Assembly (NCBI RefSeq): GCF_020745735.1
Contig: NC_083417.1
Coordinates: forward strand, 72,230,001-72,294,000
From: Hemiscyllium ocellatum
Lineage: Eukaryota
Reading direction: 5' to 3'
DNA: 64,000 nt
In this document: piece by piece, positions 1 through 14,190 of the stretch
How the letters are laid out: each line of letters starts with the position of its first letter
How positions within the stretch are numbered: position 1 is the stretch's first letter
Made by a program: the position numbers and the translations under genes
Notes under the pieces: generated by a model
Told to the model about the DNA's origin: nothing
The model's input: only the letters and a program-made list of their open reading frames with translations
Database searches by the model: none

Positions 1-99
1 TTGTAAACACTTTGGTATGTAATTTATAACTTCCAAATTGGTACAATATTTTTGTTAAATTGAATCTAATAAGACAATTCACATTATATGATGTTTTAT

Positions 100-804
100 T
101 TTAATTCTCTCCTAGAGCATGGACATCGTCACTGAACCACCGCTTATGACCTGGCCCTGGTTGACTATGAGAGTGTGGTAGTGAGCTTGAACTACTGCAG
201 GTGGACCAACAATACTGTTTGGGAAGGAATCCCAGTTACAGCAAAGGAACGGTAGCATATTTTGCAAGTCAGAACAGTTCATGGCTTGAAGGGGTAGCGT
301 TTTCCCATGCATCTGCTGCCCTTTTCCTTCCAGATGGAAAGATGGTGGATATTGAAGTTGCTATCTAAACAACTTTGATGAATTTCAACATTGTATCTTG
401 TACATGATACACACTTTTTTGTTACTGAGTGCTAGTGGTAGACAGGGTGGATACAGTGTTAATCAAGTAGGCTGTTTTGTCCTGGTTGGTGTCAAGCTGT
501 TGGAGCTGCACTGATTCAGGCAAATGGAGAATATTCCATCACACTCCTGGTGTGTACCTTGTAATTGGTGGAAAGGCTTTGGAGAATCAGGACCTGAGTT
601 ACACACTGCAGTATCCCTAGCCTCTGATCTGAACTTGTCACCACTATTTATATGGCTAGCCCAGTTCAGTTTCTGATCAGTCGTAACTCTGAAGACATTG
701 ACATTGGGACTGTCAATGATGGTAATGCCACTGAATTTCAATAGCTAGTTTTTAGATTGTCGCTTCTTGAAGATATTCATAGCTTGTCATTTGTGCAGTA
801 GGAA
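100..804 (-). mobile_element. L2/Crack-like LINE RT C-terminal fragment (continues 1497-1660)
   Basis: Minus ORF 463-741 resembles degenerate LINE RT C-terminus (ITIIDSPNVNVFRVTTDQKLNWASHIN); same family recurs at 10050-11400, 45600-46690 and 47750-48070. Confidence 0.6.
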
Positions 805-1496
805 TGTTACAACACGGGTTAAATCCTCCTGCTTAATTTAAACCAGCAGCACAGAAAAGATTTATCCCATGCAATAATTGTGAAAATTCGAGAGATTAAG
901 AACTGTTCAAAGTAAAAATTAACAACTTTATTTCTTAAAGTATAACTGAGAATGATTAACGAACAATTATTTACAACTCCTTCCTCTAACCAATCTTTAA
1001 CTTTCTCTTCTATAATACGAGTCCGATAAAACCCCTGATTAAGGTTTACTGAAAAATTCAAACTTCAAAACCATCCAGCAGTCGAATCTTCCTCTGTAGA
1101 GTTGCTCTCCAGGTCGGTGTTGATGTTTTTCTCTGTGCAAACTTTTTCTCTAGGTATTTACCTCTCAGAGAGTTGTGACGAGTTGGTCTTCCGGTTAGTT
1201 CTCTCCCAACTGTTCAGTATTTCTCAGTCTTATGCCCCCAAAGTATTGGATTGTGTAATTGGCTTTTAATATTGTCAACGTACAAAATTCAAACATGATT
1301 GGAGTTTTTTTTTGGGGGGGGATGTAATTTAAGCTGATCGGCCAAATTCATATTTGTTTTTGTCTCCTGACAACCAGCTACCCTGGTTGCTGGACCACAT
1401 GTTACATGTATCTTATTCAGAACACTTGGTGCTGTCAGTTAGTTCTGCAAACTTTTAATTCTCTGAATGGTACAGTACGCCCACATCTTCATCACA
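805..1496. mobile_element. Probable solo LTR inserted into an L2/Crack-like LINE fragment
   Basis: ~690 bp with TG...CA ends (tgttac...catcaca) interrupting a LINE sequence that is continuous in the copy near 10880 (gaatgttac...cacttgtcagtc). Confidence 0.45.
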
Positions 1497-3794
1497 TTTG
1501 TCAGTCAATGCATGAATATAGTCCAGGTCTTGTTGCATTTGGACAATTGCTTCAGCATCTGAGGAGTTGTGAATGGTGCTGAACATTGTGAAATCACTGG
1601 AAAATATTCCCAATTATGAGCTTATGATAGAAATAAAGTTATTGGTGAGGCAACTGAATATTTTTAGGCGTTACAACCTTTCAAGCTATTGCTTGTCTTT
1701 AATAGCCTTTCCTTTCTACTTGTATTGAACATGCTGTTGTGTCCAAATGTGCTGAAACAAAAACCTTTGAATCCAATGTAATTAATGTGCCTTCCCTTGG
1801 TCCTTCCATTGGTTCAAAACAGCTCTTTTCCAAGTTACGTATGAAATTAAATATGACTGTGGCAAGTTTCATATTTCTCAGCAATACACATAACAATCCT
1901 ATTTTCATTAACTCTTTTAATTTATTGTCCAATTAGTAATGATATTCATCATATTTTCTTGCACCATTACTTAGAAAAAAAAATCCTTTATGCAAAACAG
2001 CACACTTAAATGAGATTGACAGTTATTGAAATATTTTGATGGATAAACAATTTAGTAGTGGATGGCGTACAAGAATTGTATTTTGTTGAACAAGTCCAAC
2101 AAATCAAGTTGAGATAATATCTGAATGTTGCCTTTATATGCATTGAGGTGCACATATTTTCCAGGACACTGAAGATAGCTGTACTGCTTAGAAAAAAAAA
2201 TTGTCAAGAGATAGTTTACAGCCATCCAAGGAGCTTATCGAGTAACAACTCAAGAGACTGCATTTCAATTATGCAAGCTACTCTGAATGATGCACAAATG
2301 GACGGTAACAAATAAAATAAGAATTTAAAGCAATCTCAATCATTAGATAATAACTATTAGGGAAACTTTTTTTTAAAAGGCCAAATTACCAACATCCTTG
2401 TTCAATTGATTGGATGCAGAGATAATGGATGCATTGGTTGGAAACTTCCAACATGGACAGTGGAATATGCCAAATGAATGAGCAAAATGCAAGAAAATAT
2501 GGCTCTGGAGAAGGAGAGAAGCAAGTGAAAAAACTTATAAATCAGGTTGTCTGAAATGGTAGATGGGTGAACTTCCAAATCGAGTAGGAATAAGGTTGGA
2601 GCCGGACATTTAGAAAGTTATACTAGGCAGTGTTTATAAATTTATAATTAGGCAGTGTTAACATGAGTTTGTGAAAGGAAAGGAGCACTGGATAAAGTTA
2701 TGAGAGCTTTTTTTTCATGTAATGATTAAGTGGATCAACAACAATGAATAAATGTGGGATGCCTGGAAGTCTGAAATGGCATCTGTGCAGTATCACAGAA
2801 AAGATTTAGGCACAAGATAAGAGCTTATAGCACTGGAGGTTAAATGTAAGTGTGCATAATTGACTGGCTTATCTACAGGACTCCACACATCAACATTTCA
2901 TCACAATATTTTTTATTTGACAATCTGTAAGTAGCAGAGTACTGGTTTGTTTATGACACATTTCACTGGCTTCGATCAGACAGCCTTCTGCATGCATTAA
3001 GCAACATGATATTCCTTAATCTCTTTGTGGAAACTATCAGAGTCCTACATTGTCTTGCCTACATTCAATTCTAGGCCCATAATGTTATTGAATTTAAAGT
3101 ACACTTTAAATTACTCAAGCCAGACGATCAGTTGTACAATCCACTACAGGAAAGTCACAAAGTTATAAAACTAGTTGGATTCCCTGCAGATATAAGTCCT
3201 TCAAAGCAAATAATGTCAGTAGAGATCAGAAATAGATTGTTATCTATTTATCACCCATATTACTTACCTATATGTCGTGACCAAATGCATCATAACCCAA
3301 TTTTCTGAGAATATATAGGTAGTTAGATTGTCAGTGGAATAGAACAGTCTGCGGAGGGAAATAGATAAATTAAGAGAGTTAGCTACCAATTAATGTTTAG
3401 TTTTTAAGTTATGAAAATATGATTTTCTGTGGTGAGGAAATGTCAACAGAATTTGTAAACTGAAGTAAAAGGACGAATCCAGTGGTACAGATACTTCTGA
3501 ATATCTTTGCATATTAATCACATAAAAGTTTATATTCCTTCCCTTTCAAGACGTTAGCATGCAATAACAGCTAATTACAAAGGCAAGTGACATGCTGATT
3601 TCTACTGGATAAGATGAAGCTATAAATATAGGAGGCTTGCCACAATTGTATAAGGCCATTGTAAGACCACATCTATCATCCAGCATACAATTTCAATATC
3701 CTTTTTGAACAAGAGACTTACTTGGATTTGAAAGGTTTGTGTGCCAGTTGATTCAATTGATAAGTTGGATGAAGAAGTTGCCCTATTATTTGGT

Positions 3795-4083
3795 GGGCGG
3801 CACGGTGGCACAGTGGTTAGCAGTGCTGCCTCACAGCGCCTGAGATCTGGGTTCAATTCCCACCTCAGGCGACTGACTGTGTGGAGTTTGCACGTTCTCC
3901 CCATGTCTGCGTGGGTTTCCTCTCACAGTCCAAAGATGTGCGGGTCAGGTGAATTGGCCATGCTAAATTGCCCGTAGTGTTAGGTAAGGGGTAAATGTAG
4001 GGGCATGGGTGGGTGGCGGGTCGGTGTGGACTTGTTGGGCTGAAGGGCCTGTTTCCACACTGTAAGTAATCTAATCTAATCTA
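3795..4083 (+). mobile_element. HE1-type (tRNA-derived V-SINE) full-length copy
   Basis: gggcggcacggtggcacagtggttagc head, gggttcaattcc B-box, tgtgtggagtttgcac core, (taatc)n tail. Confidence 0.9.
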
Positions 4084-6536
4084 TTTATTAGATTTTGGGG
4101 AAAAAAAAGTAATGTTCTTATTGAACCAAATGTTTCTGAGTATCTTTGATACGGTTGATGATGAACACTTTCGCTCATGGTGCAATCTACAATTGGAGGC
4201 ACAATGTGAAGATACCTTGTCTCCATTGAAGGTTGCGATGAGGAGATACTTTTTGTTTCTCTTCAATGATTGTGGATAATTGGAGTTCTCTCAGAGCAGT
4301 GGATGCTTAGTCACTGAAAATAGTTACTGCTGAGTTAGACATTTATAATTATATTGTCTATTAAAGTCAGCGCTCAGAGTGCAATGTGGAATTAAAGCAA
4401 CAATTAGATAAATCCTGACCTTAATGAATGATATTGTGTTATGATGTTCACGTGTTGTGTTTTAATATAACACATGCAATTGTAATCTGTGAATTGAGAT
4501 GGTTAATTGCTGACTTGATTGATATGCTTAGGATTTTGAATCATACTGGCAGGGCAAACAAAAATTGGACAGAGGACTTCTTCTATTCAAGGACAGACCA
4601 AAGCAACTGAAAGTAGCCACTGGATTCAAGCTAACAAGATAGACATTTAGGACAGAAGAAGGAGAGTATTTGTTTTCATATAAAAGGAGGCGGCTTCAAG
4701 CTGAACTAATATTCATGTGCCAATTAAACCGGTATTGCAAACATTTTCATAAAGTTATGAAGAGGACACAATGGAGGTGGAACGAATTATGATTCCAGTG
4801 AAAAGCACAGCATATGTTCGAGGGAATATATGCAAAATATTCAGCCTGGCAGAATGGTTTCCCCAAATGACCTCTGCTTGTGTGTTAACTGTTTAACATT
4901 TTTTGATAATCACAATAATTCTTGTTTTATTTCCCAGTATCATGTATCAGTAAACATTGATTTTATAAGATTTGTGGAATTTTAATAGGTGCAGATAAGC
5001 ATTAGAATACATCAAATAAAAACACCAGCTTATGGAGAACAAGTACATGGTCAAGGGCAGAAATATGTTGATCTCCTTAAAAGCAATAGACTCATTGCCT
5101 AACACAGCAAACGTTTATAAAAAGACATTTGGGTACTCTGTCAGTGATGTTTATAAATTATGGAAATCCTTATTGAGTGAACCCAAACAGAATATTTCTA
5201 CTTATGGAGAAGATCATACAAATGTCAGGCCAGGACCTACTGTCCAGATTGCAGTTAGGAGCCAATTATATTAAAGTGGATTGGAGCCATATGTAGGCCT
5301 GATCATGACACCACCTCCCCGAGTTCAACATATTTCAGGAGGGTCAAGTAGAAGTTCACCATGATAGATTGATATTAGTTTAAAAAAACTAGGTGACAGA
5401 TTCAGAAGAAGAAATAATACATGAGCTTCAATGGAGCATTAGACTGAATGCTTTTTGCTGCAGCTCATATGCCATGCCATGTTATTCCTGTAAATAATAA
5501 TTCTTCTCTTCACCCATAACCTTAGTGAGAGTCTGCGCAGATTCATAAACCTTTGCTTAGGTCTTTATTTGTTAAAATTGTATATATCCTTTTCACGATA
5601 AAGTAATATGTGCCCTTGTTTCATTACTAACATACACACAGTGAGCAGCAGATCTGGACTATGCAGTCACTTGAGCACATTCCTCTATGCCATAATCTGA
5701 TTATGGTCTGAACTCGGCTTTCCAGCCTATCTTCACTACCCTTTTCACACCTTGTTATTAAAATAATGTATCTACCTCTTATTTCAGAAATATTCATTGT
5801 CTCTACGTCTGCATCCTTTTGGGCAAAAGCATTCCACATATTCAGCACAAAGGGGAAAAAAAAGAATAATTAATCATGATAGATTGAAGATTGTTTATGT
5901 TCAATCTGTGTCCAATAGTTCTGGTCTCTGCGGTAAAGGCAAACGTCCTCTCAGTATTCATTAGTTACAAAAATGTTTTTGCACACTCTATAGAAATACG
6001 CAGTATCAATGCTGAAGTGAATTTATGTTGATTATTTTCAGATTCGATTATTGTAGAAGCCTTGCTGTACTCATTTGGTGCCAATGTTCTTTGCAGATTG
6101 CATTTCAACTGATGATATCTCCATGTTAGATTGCCCTTTTTGTCTGGCCTACCTAAAGATTGAATACCATGGGTAATCAGTTCATAGGCTTCACCACCTG
6201 GCAAACTTACGTTCACAATCTTAATTATATCATGCCCAGGAATCAAAAACATTTACCTCCTATATGATCCCTCCAGCCAAGTAATCACCTGGTCATTTCT
6301 CCTATTTCTGATCTCAATAATCATGGCATTGGCAGTAATCTGCTATCACCTCATTTGATAACCTAATTTTCAAATTTATATCCTATCCCCTACATTTTGC
6401 TCCCAGGACTTCATTCCTCTTTTTACATCAGCTATTTCATCACTGTGGTTGTGCAGCTTCTCAGCTCCAGGTGTCTGTGTAGGTTTTCAACCTCTAGTTG
6501 CCTGACTGTTGAAGGTACAGAAAATATCTTCAACTT

Positions 6537-6842
6537 GGGGCAGCACAGTGGCTCAGTGGTTAGCATTGCTGCCTCATGACACCAGAGTACTGTGTTCAAT
6601 TCACCTTTTGATGAAACGATTGCCTGTGTGGAGTTTGCATATTCTCCTTGAGTCTGCATGGGTTTCCTCTGGGTGCTCCGGATTCCTCACACAATGTTGT
6701 GTAGGTTAGTTAGATTAGCCGTGGGAAATTCAGGTTTACAGGGATAGCGTATTGGAATTGGTCTGTATGGGATGCTCTTCGGAAGGTCAGTATGGACTTG
6801 ATGCAGCAATTGGTCAGTTTCTGCACTGTAGGGAGTCTATGA
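6537..6842 (+). mobile_element. Degenerate HE1-type SINE
   Basis: Same head/core motifs as the 3795 copy with many substitutions. Confidence 0.75.
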
Positions 6843-7729
6843 AAGAAATTAGAGATCAAATCATCCCTTCATCAGTGGGTGCAGGATGTTCTGAAAGGGG
6901 AAGCTGAGTAGCCAGAGGTTGTGGTCCATTTTGGGATGAACGATGTAAGCAGAAAGAGAGTTGAGATCCTGTAAAGGGAGATGGGACTTTAGGTTGGAAA
7001 CTGAAAAGCAGGTTCCATAAAGTTGCAATCTCAGATTCCTTCCTGTGCCATGTGCCAGTGAGTTTAGGAGTAGGAACATATTACACTTAAACATTTGGCC
7101 TAAAGAGCTGGTGTATGACGGAGAGCTTCGGGAAATGGATCATTGTGATGTCTACTGGGACTGCTGGAACATGTAAATGAAGGAAAAGTTGCACCTAAAC
7201 TTGTCATGTGAACAAATGGCGACTTTGTGATGGGGTACTAACCTCTGTGGAATTATTTGACTTCCCTTTCCTTCTTGGTAACTGTTTGTTTTTAGTTGGT
7301 GCCTTCTTTTGTTTTGACCTTGTGGTGCAGGTTTCACAGACATCCTTGACATTCCACCATACTTGCACAGGAATAACATGGTGACTCAATGGACCAAGAC
7401 AAACTAAAGGTGAAAGGAAGAAAGAAAAGCAGAATGGGTAGTTTAATTACACCAAATAACTCAGTGGCTTGAATACTCAAAATATTGCTTAATTGGACAA
7501 AGGCACAAAAGAACTGGCAAGTCAAAGTTGAGCCTTTGGGAGGAGCTGTGCAAAATAAGTAAGAACAAGACCAATTTATAAATTACAACTCAAACTGCTC
7601 GACAGACATATAGTTTAATCTCTAACCAACACCATCAGACAAGCACTAACTTCTGGTTCAACTCATAGATCTAGAGAACATTGCAGGAGTGAGAACAATC
7701 ATACCTATAAATTAGGTGCTCGAACAAGT

Positions 7730-8763
7730 CAAGATAAAATACATAATGACATCCTGTGACCAGTGATGCGCCACAAGGATTAGTGTTGGGTCCACTACCT
7801 TTTCTCATTTATACAAATGATTTGGATGTGAACATCAGTAAGTTTGCCAATGACACCAAAATTGAAGGCGTAGTGGACAGCGAAGAAGGTTACCTCACAG
7901 TACAACAGGATCTTGATCAGTTGGGCCAATGTGCTGAGGATTGGCAGATGGAATTTAATTTAGATCAGTGTGAGCTGTTGCATTTTGGAAAAGCAGATCA
8001 AATCAGGACTTAGGCACTTAATGGTAATGTCCTGGGGAATGGTGCTGAACAAAGAGACCTTAGAGCGCAGGTTCATAATTCCTTGAAAATAGATTCACAG
8101 ATAGATAGGATAGTGAAGAAGGCATTTGGGAATGCTTTTATTTATTGGTTAGAGGATCAAGAATAGGGAGTTGAGATGTCATGTTGCGGCTGTAACAGGA
8201 CATTAGTTAGGTGAATTTTGGAATATTGTGCGCAAATCTGGTCTCCCTCCATCTGAAGAATGTTGTGAAACTTCAAAGGGTTCAGAAAAGATTGACAAGG
8301 ATGGTGACAAGGCTGGAGGGTCTGAACGATAGGTAGAGGCTGAACAGATTGGGGTTATTTTCCCTGGAGAGTCGGAGGCTGAACGATGACCTTATAGAGG
8401 TTTATAAAATCATGAGGCACATGGGTAGGATAAACAAGGTCTTTTCCCTGAGGTGATGAAGTCCATAACTAGAGTGCATAGGTTGAGGGTGAGAGGAGAA
8501 AGTTATAAAAGGGACCTATGGGATAACTTTTTCACACAGAGGATGGTGTATGTATGGAATGAGCTGCCAGAGGAATTGGTGGAGGCTGACAATTACAACA
8601 TTTAAAAGGCCTCTGGAAAGATCTATAAATAGGAAATGTTGGGAGGGATATGGACCATGTGCTGGCAAATGGGACTAGGATAGGTTCGAATATGTGGTCG
8701 GCATGGACGAGTTGGACTGAAGGGTCTGTTTCCATACTGTGCATCTCTGTGACTCCATGACTC
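7730..8763 (+). mobile_element. CR1 LINE 3' fragment (RT C-terminal, degenerate)
   Basis: ORF 7756-8013 PQGLVLGP...ISKFANDTKI...LQQDLDQL...WQMEFN; CR1 3' end and short tandem tail. Confidence 0.85.
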
Positions 8764-8879
8764 TAAGTGTCTGCGACATTCAATAACGAACAAATTAGGT
8801 TGTTGCTCTGCAATTTTGTCTAAGCTGATTAAGAAAGATATTAGATAATTAGCAACTGATTGTCAGAGAAGCATTCCAT

Positions 8880-10000
8880 CAGATCATAAGATGCAGGAGC
8901 AAAAATTAGGGCATTCAGCCCTCAAGTCTGCTCTGCCATTCAATCACGGACGATAGGTTTGTTCACCCCATTTTCCTGCTTTCTCCCCATAATCTTTGAT
9001 TCCCTTGGCAAACAAGAGCTTACTCATCTCTGTTTTAAATCTACTCAATGACCTGGCCTCCACAGGCTTCTGTGGCAATGAAATCCACAGATTCAACACT
9101 CTCTGGCTAAAGACGTTTCTCCTTATATCCATTCTAAAAGGTCTTCCCTTTACTCTGAGGCTGTGTCCTTGGGTCGTCATCTCTCTTTCCAATGGAAACA
9201 TCTTCCCAACATCCAATCTGTCCAGATTGTTCAGCATGCTGAAAGCTTCAATCAGATCCCCCCTCATTCTTCTAAAATCCATCAAGCATAGTCCCCGGGT
9301 CTTCAAGTATTCCTCATATGTATGTAAGTTAGTTCACTGAGTTGGAAACTGCTATTCCTCCTGTGTTAAGTATTTTATTCCTGGAATAATTCAACTGAAC
9401 TTCCTCCAGATCCACCCCAGCGTGAATACATCTTTCCTGAGGTATGGGGCCCAAAAGTGCTCACAATAATCTAATTGTCGTTTGACCAGAGCTTTATAAG
9501 GCCTCAGAAGTATATTCCTGCTTTTATATTCAAGTCCTGTCAAAGTGAATGAAACATTGTACTTGCCTTCCTAAGTACTGACTCAAACTGCAAGTGTACC
9601 TTAAGAGTATCCTGGACTACAACTCCAAAGTCCCTTGCAGGTTTCTGACTTTTTTTCCCCATTTAGAAAATAGTATATGCCTCTAGTCATCTTACCAAAG
9701 TTTATTGCCTCACACTTTCCCACATTGTGTTTCATCTGTTTCGTCTTTGACAACTCTCCTAACCTGTCTAAATCCTTCTGCCGGCTCCCTATCTCCTCAA
9801 TGCTACCTGCCCCTCCACTTATCTTTGTATCTTCTGCAAACTTAGTTGCAATGCCCTCAGTTCCCTCATAGATCATTATTGCATAAAGTGAAAAGTTCTG
9901 TTTCCAACACTGACATTTGTGGAACACCACTGGTCACTGGCCTCCATCCTAGAATGACCCTTTTATAACCACTCTTTTCCTTCAGTCAGATAGCCAAACA
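8880..10000 (-). mobile_element. CR1 LINE 3' fragment
   Basis: Minus ORFs 9601-9930 (KFAEDTKI...QKDLDRL) and 8944-9306 (RRMRGDLIE...GHSLRVKG). Confidence 0.85.
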
Positions 10001-10049
10001 TCTATCCATGCCATTACCTGGCCTCAAATGCCATGGGCCTGAAACATGT

Positions 10050-11400
10050 TCATTTTTTAAAAAATTCCCGTGTAGAACACGTGCATCGCTGACTGGCCAG
10101 AATTGTATTGCTCATCAGCAAGTGTTCTTGAGCTTCCTTTTGGATTCTTCCAGTCCACATGTTTTTGTTTGACTCACAATGCTCTTAAAGAGGGAATTCC
10201 AGGATTTTGATCCAGTTAACGGAAGAAACAGTGACATATTTCTGGGTCAGGATGGTGCATGGTTTGGAGGAGAACTTGTAGGTGTGTCGTTCCCATGTAT
10301 CTGATGCCTCGACCGTCTAGATGGAAGTGGTCATAATTTTGGCATGTGCTGTGTAAGGTTCTTTGGTGAATTTCTGCAGTGCATCACATAGATAGTATAC
10401 ACTGCTACTCCTGAGCATTAGTGGAAGAGCAAGTGAATGCATGCAAATGTTGTGTCATTTGAGTAGGCTGCTTTGTAATGGATGTTGTCAAGCCCCTTGA
10501 GTATTGTTGGAGCTGCACACATCCTGGCAGGTGGGGAGTATTCAATCACATTGCTGAGTTATGCCTTGTAGATGGGGATAGGCTTTGGGGAGTGAGGAGG
10601 TGAGTTACTCACTGCAGTTTTCCTAGCTTCTGAACTGCTCTTGGAGCTATTGTGTCAAGTCTAGTTGAATTCTTATCAATGGTAACCCTTAGTTTTCCTA
10701 GCCTCTAAACTGCTCTCATAGTCACTGAATTTACGTGTCAAGTCCTGTTGAATTCTAGTCAAGGATAACCCCCAGGATGATCATAGCTGTGGATTCAGTA
10801 ATGGTCACACCATTCACTGTCAAGGGGTTGTGGTTGTGTTGTCTCTTATTGGCAATGGTTATTGCTTGGCATTGTGTGGTGTGAATGTTACTTTCCACTT
10901 GTCAGTCAGAGCCTGGATCTTATCCAGACCTTGTTGCAGTTGAACATGGACAACCTCTGCATCTTAGGAGTCATGAATGGTGCTGAACATTGTGCAATCA
11001 TCAGCAAATATCCCCATTTCTGATCTTATGATAGAGGGAAGGTCATTCATGAAGAGATCCCAGCATGCCAACTGATGGAGGAAGACTAAAATTTGCAATC
11101 CCTGAAGCCAGTGATTTTCCATTCTGACCTTATACAGTGGACACTGCCATCATAGTTCCATCCTTCAGGCAACTTGGCATATGCTACTTGATGTCAAGAA
11201 ATCACTGAAGTTATTGACTGCTGTCAATGATAATGGCACTGAAGCCATTTCCAGTCAGGGTACTGAACATGTCTGTTGCAGAACTCACAATATCTTGAGT
11301 AATGATATTCTGCCACAGGTGAGGAAGGCAAACCTTTCTTCTGCCACAGCATTTGCAATGGCAAATTAGCCACTTACTAATCTCTTCTCAGCCATAGGGC
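10050..11400 (-). mobile_element. L2/Crack-like LINE fragment
   Basis: Nucleotide similarity to the 100-804/1497-1660 family (gaatggtgctgaacattgtgcaatcatc, gtcaagctgttggagctgcac). Confidence 0.6.
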
Positions 11401-12360
11401 AAAAAAGAACTGAGGGAAGATGTCAGTCTGTGTAACCCAGATTTCAATAGTGTGATCAGTAATATTTAGTTTGGGATGCCCAGGTGACCATTGCGGTTTC
11501 GAGTTTGCTGCATTTATGGCCCCAGCACAGACAAAATTATAAGCAAGATTTAAGACTGACTTCCCTTGGCATCAAGGCAACAAATCAAGAAATCCTAGAT
11601 GATTTGAGTTCAATGAATAACAGGTGGGACATTTCACTTAGTGCTTGTATTTATACTTCAGGACTAAGGAATATAGTTAGAGATGTTACAGATCAATTAT
11701 ATAAATCCCAAGTTATCATTGCAGTAATATTTCAAAGGAGTATTGTAAACCAAATAAGTTTTAGCTCTTTCTTCGATAATCTTCACTCTCTCTGAAAGTC
11801 AGAAGTGGGATTTTCATTAATAATCTCACAAAGATCAATATCGTTCATTACCTCTGAAACACTGAAGTGTTCTCTGTTCTCACAAATAAATGGCTGAAGG
11901 TTGTTTGATTTTTAATTGATAGTGGTCAGGCAGCATGACTTTTGGAAAAGTACAAGGCAATGGCAATCTCCGATAAAAAAAATAAACAAACAGTCTCCAA
12001 TAAATTGTTGAACAATATTACAACTATTGAATTCTCAAATGAACACACCAAGGTTACCAGTGAATGTAGTTGACCTGTAATGTACATACCTTGGCTAAAA
12101 GAAAACAGTTAGAAGGTAAGAACTTTGCAATGTCTAGGCTACCTCATAACCTTCATTTGCTAAGTTGGAGACGTTTGAGTGCTTGACTGATCCTGAGACT
12201 AATACCATCAGCAATTCTCAACTCATAGTAAGGTCAGAGGGGAGGAAACAGACAAAGCACAACCAAAAACTAGTCCCCAATCGTGAATCAGATGATAATA
12301 TTCATGTAATATCAGTGGCTGCTGTGGCAGACATCAACTGCGGTAGTCAGGAGATCCCCA

Positions 12361-12371
12361 ATCTCTCTCTG

Positions 12372-12415
<44 letters not shown>
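12361..12415. repeat. (CT)n(CA)n microsatellite
   Basis: Directly visible. Confidence 0.95.
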
Positions 12416-12416
<1 letters not shown>

Positions 12417-12579
12417 GTGAACATAAGCGTGCGGTGATTGGCAAGAAGTGACCGGCAAAGGATTTTGAATCTTGGAAATATTGCGCTTCAGACCAGCACA
12501 AAGGCTGTAGAGATTCTCTCTTGTAACACAAACAAGTTAGCATTTTGGCAGGTTCCTTCCTAACTGAGCTGCCCTTTTG

Positions 12580-13700
12580 AAGATCCATTCTGCTTATCCC
12601 ACATGTGGAAGGGATAGAGAGGTTGCTCTAAAAATAGTCTGTTCCATCACCATCCTAGCTGCAAAACCACATCCAGCACACTCATCAATCTGTGGCCTGA
12701 AAACCAAAATCCAATTCAAAATCAGAGCCAGGAATTTGCAAGCCCTCATGGAGGACAAGCAAAACAACAGTTTTGTCTCACTCTCTCCGAAAAGAATCTT
12801 CAAGTTTTTCTTCAAGTCTTCACAGAAGCACACTGTCGAATTGGTCTCAGCCTCAACTTCAAGAAGACTTATATCCTTACTAACTCATTCTAGGACAAGG
12901 TCTGGTCCATCCCCCCATTAATATCAATGAGGAAATCCTCCCAAATATGAATCATTTCCACCAATGGAGGTTCTCCCTGTCATCTGAGGTTGACATCGAT
13001 GCAGAGGACCAAAGCCACCTTCAAAATGCAAATGTTGCCTTGAGATGTCGAAAGATGAATTTGTTTGACAACTGTAACAGCAAAGATCCTTATGTAGAAG
13101 ACAGTTATCCTGTCACTCTTCAACTTGGATCCAAAATTTGAACTATGTAGTGACGCAATCTCAAGATCCTTGACAAGAGCCATCAATGCTTTTTCCAAAT
13201 GATTCCTTGCATCATCTGGGAGGACAGACATATTAAGGTCAGCATTCTTGAAACAACCAATGGAATCAGTATCAAGGGCATGACCATCTAAAACCAACTC
13301 CGCTGGGCTGGCCATATGCCGGAGTTCCAACTGTGGATGCAACTCTTCTTCACCTAGATCAAGTAATGCACCTGAACAAGAGAAGGACAAAGGAAGAATT
13401 TTAATGACTCCCTGGTGACTTCTCTCAAGAAATGTAACATAGATATTGATTTGTGGGAAAGCCTCATTCAGAAAAAACCAACGTGAAGGAAGATCCTGTA
13501 TGAAGGGACACAATACTTTGAGAGCACCTGCTAGCAAGAGCAAGTACGGAAAAGGAACTGAGAAAGGAATGCCAATGATCTCAAGGCCATGGACAAATTC
13601 CATCTCCCGGAAACATACCTGCCAATCATGTGTTCAGAGATGTGGCTTTTGGAATGGGTTCATTGGCCCTGTGAGGATCCAACAGGACCCAGTGATGTGG
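12580..13700 (+). mobile_element. RTE/BovB-like LINE fragment, degenerate
   Basis: + strand reads QLRWAGH...KG..RF.DSL..SL.KCNIDIDLWESL, typical of the RTE C-terminus; ORF 12980-13603 is its antisense shadow. Confidence 0.65.
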
Positions 13701-14067
13701 AATTTCCTAGGCAGACAATCATATACATTAAAAAGTGATTACTGATAATCTTCTAACTCCTCCAATGTCAACTCAGATAAAAAATTCTCCACACTGTTCC
13801 AAAAACCTCAACACCATCCAGGAAAAATATCACCTTAACGTTTCATAAAAAAAGGTTGCATCTCAGCTCAAACAATGTATTAATGATGTGAGGTTAGAGT
13901 CTGTCAGTATCCCAATCTTGAGTAAGATTGTTTCTATTTCCAAAGTAGGAATACATAAAATGTTACATACATTACATACATTGACTGCCTGAAAACTGGA
14001 ATGTATCTGCAATTACAATTTAGCAAATGCACATTTACACCATTGACTTATATGCGTTTGTGCATGC

Positions 14068-14070
<3 letters not shown>

Positions 14071-14125
<55 letters not shown>

Positions 14126-14190
14126 AAGGATGCATGTGTTTGAGTGAGTGTGTGGGTGTGTGCGTGTGAGGGATGAATATGAGGTGTGAG
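14071..14190. repeat. (GA)n / (GT)n microsatellite
   Basis: Directly visible. Confidence 0.95.

Noticed and set aside
3795-3870. tRNA-like A/B boxes in SINE heads
   Set aside because: SINE internal promoters, not tRNA genes.
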